Assembly: GCA_951406725.2 (NCBI GenBank)
Contig: OX597819.1
Span: 119,288,001-119,352,000 of the forward strand
Direction of reading: 5' to 3'
Length of the DNA stretch: 64,000 nucleotides
Origin: Octopus vulgaris
Taxonomy: Eukaryota
The notes under the pieces are model-generated. The model had not been told where the DNA came from. It worked only from the letters and a program-made list of their open reading frames with translations, and did no database searches. The position numbers and the translations under genes are program-made. The number at the start of each line of letters is the position of its first letter. Position 1 is the first letter of the stretch. Shown in pieces: positions 54,051-64,000 of the stretch.

Positions 54051-57035
54051 CACACACAAAAAATCCAAGCCCCCTGCAACAGTCAAAACCAGCCACTACA
54101 CTAACCTCCACATTCCTACTCAATGCACAAGGTGTCAGCCCTTCCATCAATGCACAAAAATGGAAGGTCCAATTCATTGAAGACTGGGTTGGTAACCATT
54201 CACACCACATCCCTTTCTTCATTCTCACTGAGACCCACCTTGACAACTCCCACTTGGAAGCCGAAGTGAGAGTGAAGAATTTCACAACCATCCGCGCGGA
54301 TCGTATCGGCAGGAGGAAGGGTGGAACTGCCATTTTCCTGCATGATTCATTTACGGCAGATGGAAATAGTATATTCTCCCACGGCTACTGTGAATCAGTC
54401 ACCGTGCACAACAAAGCCAATGACCTGACAGTAATTGGGCTCTATAGGCCGCCCCAAACACCCATACTGTGCTTTAAAGAATGCCTCAACAGCATTAAGT
54501 GCTTTATTCAACAGTGCCATTCTAGCAACATACTCATGATGGGAGACTTCAATCTACCCTGTGTTGACTGGACTACAAACTGTTTGAAACCAAGCACTCC
54601 CGCCTCAACCGCTGACAAAGAGGCAGCAGAGTCACTTTTCGACTTTACGAATGAGTTTTTCTTGTCCCAACTTGTCCTTGCACCAACAAGACATCAGAAC
54701 ATTTTGGACCTAGTGTTTAGTAACCACACTAACACTATACATAACGTTACAGTGGAAAAAACTCTTCTTTCAGACCATGACATGGTTCTCTGTAACATGA
54801 AATTCCACCAGCCGAAAGCTAATCCTAGTGACCTTCCTCCAGCCCACCCATTTGACAACATGGATCTCCATAATGCCAACTGGGATGCAATCAGGAACAA
54901 GCTATCACATGTTGACTGGTCCTTTACACATACACACATCTCCACCAACCATAAAACATCTTGGCAGATCTTTGTAGACACCGTCACAGACATATGTGCA
55001 AAACACTCCCCACCAAGACCTGTGAACAAAAAGTGCAGAATCCCCCAAAACAGAAAAACCATTATCAGAAAAATAAAAAGAACAAACAAAAAAATTAACA
55101 AACTAAAGTACTGCCAACAGCAACACACACACTCGACGGCTATCGCACTGCTTGAATCCAATAAATATAACCTCCAACAATGCATGAAGACCCTCATCAA
55201 TAACCAAAGATCAGCTGAGGAGAAGTGGGCCATTGAAAAAATCAAACTCAACCCCAAAGTGTTCTTTTCATTTGCGAGGAAACGCAGGGTCACTGTCTCC
55301 ACTGTAGGCCCTCTAATTGACGAAACTGGCACTCTCCAAGATAATGCCAAATCCATGGCCGAGATACTGCAGAAACAATACTGCTCTGTTTTCAGCAATC
55401 CTGATATGGCCGATCTGGGCTGTATCAGTGATGTCAACCCCCAACACACTATATCGGACATAACGTTTAGTGCCCCTGATGTCTTAGCGGCGATAAACGA
55501 AATAAAACACAATTCAGCAGTAGGCCCCGATAGGTTCCCTGCTTGTGTCCTGAAGGCGTGTCGACACCAACTTGCATCTCCCCTTGCTAATCTGTGGAGA
55601 AACTCACTGGATGCTGGCTATATTCCAAAAAGCCTTCTGTCCCAGTCTGTTGTCCCAGTTTTCAAAAAGGGAAACAAGTCCCTTGCAGTGAATTACCGTC
55701 CGATCTCACTCACCTCTCATATCATCAAGGTATTTGAGAGGGTGGTGAGATCTCGAATAACCCAATTTCTGGAAAGCAACAGACGGCTGATCTCCAACCA
55801 ACATGGGTTCCGTAATGGAAGGGACTGCCTAACGCAGCTCCTGCATCACTTTGAGGACATTTTGAGAGCTTTGGGAGAGGGCTCCAACACCGATGTCATC
55901 TACCTTGATTTCAGTAAGGCCTTCGACAGGGTCGATCACAAGATCCTATTGAAAAAACTATCCAACATTGGTGTCTCTGGAAAGTTACTGAAATGGATCA
56001 AGTGTTTCCTGACAGACAGATCTCAACATGTTGTAGTTGAAGGGGTAAAATCAAGCCCAGCCAAAGTCAGTAGTGGCGTTCCGCAAGGCACTGTGCTGGG
56101 CCCACTTCTTTTCATCATTTACATTAATGACATTAATGACATCATCAAGCACAGCAACATAAAAATCTTTGCAGATGACTCCAAGCTACAGAAGGTCATA
56201 AATGAGGCGAGTGACCGGACATGCCTTCAGTCAGATCTACTGGCTGTTATCCAATGGGCAGAAAAAAACAATATGCTGCTGAACGAGGATAAATTTGAGC
56301 TAATCCACTTTGGAAAAGAGGATGCCCTGAAACTCCCATACTCCCTTCCTTCAGGTGAAACTCTCGCGGCGTCCATTAACTGTGGACAACAACATAATCT
56401 GGGCCACTCATATAAACACCAAAGTTGACATGGCCCGCAGAATGTGTTCCTGGATTCTCAGAACTTTCCAGTCGAGAGATATCCACACCATTATCCTTCT
56501 CTTCTCCACTTTTGCCCGACCCCACCTTGAATACTGTTGTCCACTGTGGTCTCCCCACACAATACAAGGTATCATAAAATTTGAAGCACCTCAAAGGGCA
56601 ATCACAAAAAAGATAGATGGCATGACAGGCCTCGACTATTGGGGTCGACTAGAAAAGCTAAAACTCTATTCTCTCCAACGTCGTCGTGAGCGCTACATCA
56701 TCTGCATGATGTGGAAAATATTCCATCAGCATTGCCCAAATGATGTTGGCATCACCTTTAAGGTACATCCAAGGCTTGGGCCCCGTGCCATCCGCCCAAA
56801 ACCAAAATCGCACTCTCATCTCATAACAACAATACGGCACAATTATTTCACCTCAATTGGCCCCGCTCTCTTTAACATTACACCAAAACACATTAAAACA
56901 GAAACTGACCCTATAGGGTTTAAGAAGTCTTTGGACAGATTCCTTCAAGAAATCCCGGATAAACCCCCTACACCCGGATATGTCTCTGTAAACAATAACT
57001 CTCTACTTGAGTGGGCCATAGTGCCCAAATTCTGA
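53924..57035 (+). pseudogene. LINE ORF2 (APE endonuclease + reverse transcriptase), one frameshifting lesion near 56375
   Basis: LTETHL, YRPP, GDFN, SDH (APE); NYRPISLTS, YLDFSKAFD, GVPQGTVLGP, FADD (RT); C-terminal RPHLEYCCPLWSP continues in another frame (56355-57035). Confidence 0.93.
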
Positions 57036-57121
57036 CTTGAAAGACTTCACCAGGTGGTGCTATTAAGTTAGACATGGCCTGGGCCAATAATGGCCGAACC
57101 CTATCAAAGTATATATATATA

Positions 57122-57152
<31 letters not shown>

Positions 57153-57165
57153 CCAAAGTATATAT

Positions 57166-57211
<46 letters not shown>

Positions 57212-57224
<13 letters not shown>

Positions 57225-58120
57225 TGAAGTTGTGTGTGTCTGTCTCCTACGATTTAGATTCCCAACTACTCCCACATTTTGCGGTGCAGTTTAACCAAAA
57301 CCGGGTATCTTATAGTCGTGATTCCTATCGAGCCCTTCTGGGTATTAACGTGCGTCTACGATGAGTCTACGATTTTAAAAATAATTTACCATAATTTTTT
57401 TCCATTTTAAAGCATATTTTGGGGGGTTCTTCCAATTTTTTCGTGTGTCAATAGCGGCGGAGTTGGCGTCCATGCTCACACCTGCACTTGTGTTGCTTTT
57501 CACCCATCTTCCCTCCCTCGTGAAGCTGTGGGGAAGGGAGTGTAAGGAAATCAACGTCGTAAAGCGTTGTTAAGGAGACCAACGTTCTTTTAGAACAACG
57601 ACTTCATGGCTTGAAGTCGCCAAAACAGAAATCGCTAAAAAAGCTTAAACAGATCCACAAAAACGGCAAAAACCGCCACACAGGGCAGGTTTCCTGTGCA
57701 GACAATTTGCACAACCGAATGTTTTAGTTGTTGCACAAATCTTCATATATAAAAGTGAAGTTGTGTGTCTGTCTCCTACGATTTAGATTCCTAACTACTC
57801 CCACATTTTGCGGTGCAGTTTAACCAAAACCGGGTATCTTATAGTCATGATTCATATCGAGCCCTTCTGTGTATTAGCGCGCGTCTACGATGGGTCTACG
57901 ATTTAAAAAAAAATTACCATCATTTTTTCCATTTTAATGCATTTTTTCGCTATTATATTAGGAAAGTAACTCTCTAAAAATGTCTACGGTGAGTCAACGA
58001 TTTAAAAAAATATTACCATCATTTTTTATTCCATTTTTAATTTTTTTGCTATAACTCTCTAAAAATGCTTATATAGTTATTTCCCTTACAAACTCGAGCA
58101 ACGCCGGACGATACTGCTAG
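57212..58120 (+). mobile_element. Non-autonomous Helitron with duplicated 5' module
   Basis: ~200-bp module at 57221-57420 repeated at 57751-57950 (second copy starts A|TCTTCATATATAAAAG at 57740); 3' CGAGCAACGCCGG...CTAG|T. Confidence 0.82.
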
Positions 58121-58429
58121 TATATATATATATATATATATATATAATAATAACAAAGTGTGAAATTAATTAATTAAGAAATAATCAGTAATTTCACCAA
58201 GTAGAATTCGGCATGCAAAGGACCAATTCATTAAGTTTAAGTAATACTATATAATTAGGGTTCAGCAACGATTTGCTTCACCACACAGCGAAGTTTAGAA
58301 ATAGCAGTCAAAAACTCTTAGCTATTCCTTCTACTTTAAAGGGAGTTCCCAGAAAAACCAAACCACTTGAAAACAAACCACGCAGGGAAAAGGGGGAAAA
58401 AATGACGAAAATCATTCTATATTAGGTTG

Positions 58430-58522
58430 CCTACGGACGCGCGTTTCGGAATTAAGACATTATAAAATATAAATAATAAATAATTATACCTTACCCGACT
58501 ATTTTCGTCTCTTCAGCGTAGG
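58430..58522 (-). ncRNA. Type I hammerhead with long, branched AT-rich stem II, inside a PLE-type repeat (~58145-58690)
   Basis: Minus: CCTACG CTGAAGA [62 nt] GAAAC GCGC GTC^CGTAGG; 6-bp stem I, palindromic stem III, GUC site. Confidence 0.82.
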
Positions 58523-58686
58523 ATTCCTCAATCATAAATAATTGAATCTCAATTATTAATTATTGCATATTAAATTTGAAGGTACTGGAAAACATCACTT
58601 CGTCTAACGGTATCAGAGAGATTATATTCCGTGCTAGTGCCGCCAAATTCAAAACATGAATGAGAGTAAGTCATCCTCCCTCGCCC

Positions 58687-58770
<84 letters not shown>

Positions 58771-58797
58771 GTATATTTGTCTATTTTTCTATCTATC

Positions 58798-58832
<35 letters not shown>

Positions 58833-60254
58833 ATATGTATGCATAATACCCTTTTTTGTAATCAAAATTGCAATTTTGGAATGCCTCCTTCGATTCATTT
58901 CACCATTTATGTCTAAGATGTTAACCCAAGGCTAAGTGTCCTGGTCGTTTCGTAATAAATCAGGTGCATTTCTGATGGAATATGTCTTTTCGAGTATAAA
59001 TCGATAATTGTCATTAGCAAAACAATAGGTGCAATTACAATATATTATTTGGAATATAAGTAATTCTCATTCCATCAAGCATCAACAGCCTGTGAATACG
59101 GTTGAAATATTCCTATATAATATCCATAATTAAATATACGAAAACCGAGTTTTATGTATTGGTGCCATATTGCGACGATATTAAGTGAATTGTGCTATTA
59201 TCTATTTCATAATCAATACATGGAAATTAGACTGAATCTATTTTCCTACTTAAATCCAGAGTACTGTAAATGCAGTAAAAGCAGTTAATGTTATTGAGTC
59301 AGCACTTGTGATCTATTGGAAGGACCAGGTGTTATCTTCTCAAGTGTATGAAATTTCTTCATAAAAAGAATATCTGTTGAAATATTTATCAGTAGACGTT
59401 CCTTCTTAAGCATTAATATATACATTCTTTAAATTATATAATCTGGTGCGATTTTGTGTCGTCTGTACACAGTTAATTATCAATATTCTATTTAAACATA
59501 CAAAAATTACCATATTTTGAATTCCCTGTGGATTTCGTGTAGTGAATTTACCAACTTTGGATTAAACATTATTTGCTGTCGTAAACAATCGGAATTAGAA
59601 CTTCGGTCAAAAATTTTGTGATAATCGAGAAATATGTGCTACACAATGACACATAAGCAACATGAGATAAGCCCGCTAAACATCAATCCCGAAGACATTA
59701 CAGATATAGTACCATTAGACACACTCCCACCTTATAAGGATACCAACCTCTATATCGTACACAGATTTCCAGAAAACTCTTAAGACTTGCAACACACCAG
59801 GAGCCCTTTGCTTCCAAGGGACATAACTTGATCAGTTCATTTATTTTTTCTTTTTCTTTTACGGCAACCACAAGTGAAATATATCTTTTCACCTCCCTGC
59901 AATGAAAACACTCGTATAGACTCTTCCATAACTGCCGAATCTGAAGAGCACAGGGTTTCATAATCCGGCTGTTAGCTAACACGCATGAAGCTGTATTTAT
60001 GAATATACATACTGTGTAAAATTGCATGTAAATATTTATACAAACACCAACACTCGTATGCATATGGCTGTACGTATATACATGTACACTCCCCACACAT
60101 GTATATGAAGATGATATTTGAAGATACTTAAATTAAATTTCATATTAGAAAATGTCCATTTTTATTTATTAGTTATTCATTGCTTTTACGTAGTGTTTCA
60201 TTTAACTTCAACAATTTTTGCATGTTCATTTGTTTAGTATTATTTTTTTTCATA

Positions 60255-60812
60255 TGGAGGAGCGTGATTTAGTGGATAGTGTATCAGCATCATGATCGTA
60301 AGATTGTGGTTTCGATTACTGTACCGGGCGACACGTTGTGTTCTTGAGCAAAACACTTCATTTCACGTTGCTTTAGTCCACTCAGCGGGAAAAAATGAGT
60401 AACGCTGCGATGGACTGGCGTTCCGTCCAGCTGCGGAAATATACGCCATTGAAACCGAGAAACCGGGCCCATGAGCCTGGCCAGGCATTAAAAGAGCGAA
60501 TGGAGGCGCAATGGCCCAGTGGTTAGGGCAGATGACTCGCGGTCGGAGGTTCGCGGTTTCGATTCCTAGACCGTGTGTTGTGTGTGCTTATTGAGCGAAA
60601 GCGCCTCAACCTCCACGAGGTCCCGGCAGGGCGTGGTTGCGACCCCTGTTGTACTCTTTCGCCCCAACTTTCTCTCACTCTTTCTTCCTGTTTCTTGAGT
60701 AATGCTGCGATGGACTGGTGTTTTGTTCAGCTGGGGGGGGGGGAAACCTATGCATACGCCACAGAAACCTGGAAACCGGGTCCGTGAGCCTGGCTAAGCT
60801 TGAAAAGGGCGC
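60255..60812 (+). mobile_element. Head-to-tail pair of two family B-related SINEs
   Basis: 60255-60499 and 60500-60812 each start TGGAGG with A/B-box-like motifs and share GCGATGGACTGG...GAAACCGGG tails. Confidence 0.82.
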
Positions 60813-60895
60813 ATAAATAAAAATGAATATTGTTTTTCATAAATGTATAACACATTATGTATATTTACGCTTGTTTCTTTGATTATATCCTAACC

Positions 60896-61008
<113 letters not shown>

Positions 61009-61415
61009 TTATTATTAATATTATTATTATTATTATTATTATTATTATCATCATCATCATCATCATTATTATTAATAACAATAATAATAATAATACTTTC
61101 ATGGTTAACGAAAACTGGTTAAATACAAGATATTTTCGGAAGCATTCAGAACTTTTCTGATAATATATATTTTATGATGTACAAGCATATACTTACCTCC
61201 CGACCAACCTACCTACCAACCCCGCCGTCTCTATATGCCTAGAAGTGTACTTAAAATGTGGCATGAACCAAATGCACTTACACGCACAAACATACACATA
61301 CATATATTTCCGTGTGAGCATGCATGTGTGTTTATCTATATATATTCAGTATATATTTATATGCATATATACGAATGCATATGGCTATATATACACACCC
61401 ATATCTATACATACC

Positions 61416-61488
<73 letters not shown>

Positions 61489-61541
61489 ATATTTATATGC
61501 ATGTATATATTCATAAATATATGTGTATGTATAAATATGTA

Positions 61542-61575
<34 letters not shown>

Positions 61576-61714
61576 GTGTATATATGTATATATATATGTG
61601 TGTATATATGTATATATATATGTGTATATATATGTACTGATATGTATGTGTATATATATGCACATATATATATATATATGTGTGCATATATGTGTGTATG
61701 CATATATGCATATA

Positions 61715-61755
<41 letters not shown>

Positions 61756-62657
61756 ACATATATAAATATATACATATGTACATACATACATATATACATA
61801 TATACATACATACATACAGAGATGCTTTTCTATCTATCATCTTTATTATTTTTAATATCATTAATATCAGTCATGAGCAAATATGCCGAATATGTTATTT
61901 ATTGACAGTAAATTCACCCAGCAGCTTTCTGATATATATATTTTCATTAATTACATACCTCGCAGGGAAAAAAAATTATAAACAAAAACAATTTATTCAA
62001 GATTAGAAAAATTCAATTATGCTATCATTATGTTAGGTGAATACCTAGAAAACAATTGGCAAGAAGTAAAGAAATACTTATAGATGTAGGTGCTATAGAA
62101 ATCAATAGCTTTATAATTAACTAACTAACTAACTAACTGGATCTAAATTACTATGTGACTCGTAGCACCAAGAAGAGTAATTATCCTCGCCAAAAAAAAA
62201 AAAAATATAAATATAGTTAATTAAAAATATATATTTCCGTATAACAGAACTTTTCTAACTTCATCAACTATTTTGTTGCTATATGTAGCAACAACAAAGA
62301 ACTAATGAATGAAAAATATAATGATTCAACAAGATATGTTAAAATAAATATATCAAATAGCAAAGCACACGAATCGCTCCAAGTTTCCAGTTGTTCTTTC
62401 TTCTACTTGTTCACTGAAAGTGCTATGAGTTTTACAGAATGAACAATTGCGAATTCATCCACTTTTCTTCTGCCATCCTCATATTTCTTACTGATCGTAT
62501 GACGGAGTCAATCTCATTATATGCGCAGCTATGTTTTTTACTTGCCTTTTTATTTGGTTCACTGTTTTATCTTCACTCTCGGCCTCTCAATGAATGTACA
62601 CACTAAAGAAACATGTTATATATACATTTATTCAAACGAGCAGGCATGCGCATCCTT

Positions 62658-62728
<71 letters not shown>

Positions 62729-63573
62729 CCTACGTACATACCTACGTACGTACCTACCTACCTATCTATATATCGATTATGCGCTCCCTCTCTTTATGTT
62801 TATCAATCTGTCTGTCTATCCTCTCTCTTTCTCTCTTTCTCTCTCTCGTAATTCGTCATTAGTCGAAAGACACCTGTTGTTATGCCCTGTTATTAACATT
62901 TGTATTTTATTTGTGTAACATTTGCCGGTTTTTTTCTTTCCGTTTCTGTATACGTTCGCTGTTTTCTTCCAAGTAATCTAATGCTCTTAGCTAATTTTTT
63001 TCCTTGGGGCTGGCCAGATAGGAGCAATCTCAAGTATAATCAGCCCAAATTGCGAAGATAATCTGGTACTTGACTGGGGAAAGAAAACTTCTTTGTTTTC
63101 TTTGTATCGTTTATCTGGATGTTTTCTTGTCCCATTTTGTATCACCTAACCGTCCGCATGTTTTGCGTTCTTGTCCCATTTTCCATTTTTCATATATATA
63201 AATTTATGTGTGTATATATATCTTATAACAACGTACATATATATATACTGAGGTATATTTATACACATACATACACTACTCTCATTTATAAGAAATGTGT
63301 GTATGTGGCGGGGATTGTATACCATAAAATAAAATTAGTATTTTCAGAATGGTTCTGAATGCGAACATAACTAACGTATATATAATCTATTAATAAATAA
63401 AACATATGCATATATACATATATGTACGTACCTACCTCTACATGTATATATACATGCATGTATGCGTACAGGACACAAAAAAAACGGCGAACACAATGAG
63501 AAACGAAAACATAAACACAAAACCAAGGAACATCAATATATACATCTATCTCTCTCTCTACACACACATACAC

Positions 63574-63618
<45 letters not shown>

Positions 63619-63932
63619 CATATATACATATATATATGTGCATATGTATATATATATGCATATCTATATACACACACATACATACATATAGATACATGTA
63701 TAAATACAAAAAGCTCTTTCAATGTATTCAACAGTACCTTTCACTTCTTTGTTCTTTTGCCGCATATAGAAACATATAAGTGTATGCTGCTCAATTTCTC
63801 ATTTATCTCAGATTAATCTCTGTATACGTTATCATTCTGTTATCATTATTGTATTTTTCTTTCTTACTTCATACCTGTCTTCCACTCCACACGTTTTATC
63901 TCTTCTCCTCTCATATCTTCACACTCCTTCTC

Positions 63933-64000
<68 letters not shown>

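Larger units (their letters stand above)
52491..57110 (+). mobile_element. Near full-length CR1-group LINE
   Basis: 5' UTR, ORF1, APE-RT ORF2 and short structured 3' UTR; both ends abut (TA)n; DPE-like GGACGT about 25 nt from the inferred 5' end. Confidence 0.93.

Noticed and set aside
54694-55512. 272-aa antisense ORF inside LINE ORF2
   Set aside because: Expected shadow frame of an A/C-rich coding strand; no motifs.

Overview
AT-rich, repeat-saturated animal DNA, dense in (TA)n/(TG)n/(CTAT)n/(ATT)n microsatellites. The SINE families and repeat landscape resemble an octopus genome (inference). I can support no host protein-coding gene, and almost all ORF-track entries are microsatellite translations. 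The window holds: (1) one near-intact CR1-group LINE (~52491-57110) whose ORF1 has a Myb/SANT-like domain, polyQ and two CCCH fingers, and whose AUG-less ORF2 frame opens just before an in-frame UUUUUUA slippery site (candidate programmed -1 frameshift); (2) a decayed Penelope-like (PLE) RT and about 15 minimal type-I hammerhead ribozyme (HHR) motifs in PLE-type terminal repeats, several inside fold-backs, three with a compensatory U3:A8 core, and one attached to a tRNA-like head; (3) a decayed Helitron RepHel plus three non-autonomous Helitrons; (4) a decayed Tc1 element; (5) about 20 SINE copies from at least four families, one sharing its 3' tail with a LINE fragment and repeatedly broken at the same site in its tRNA head. 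Repeat boundaries were read by eye and are approximate (about +/-10 nt).
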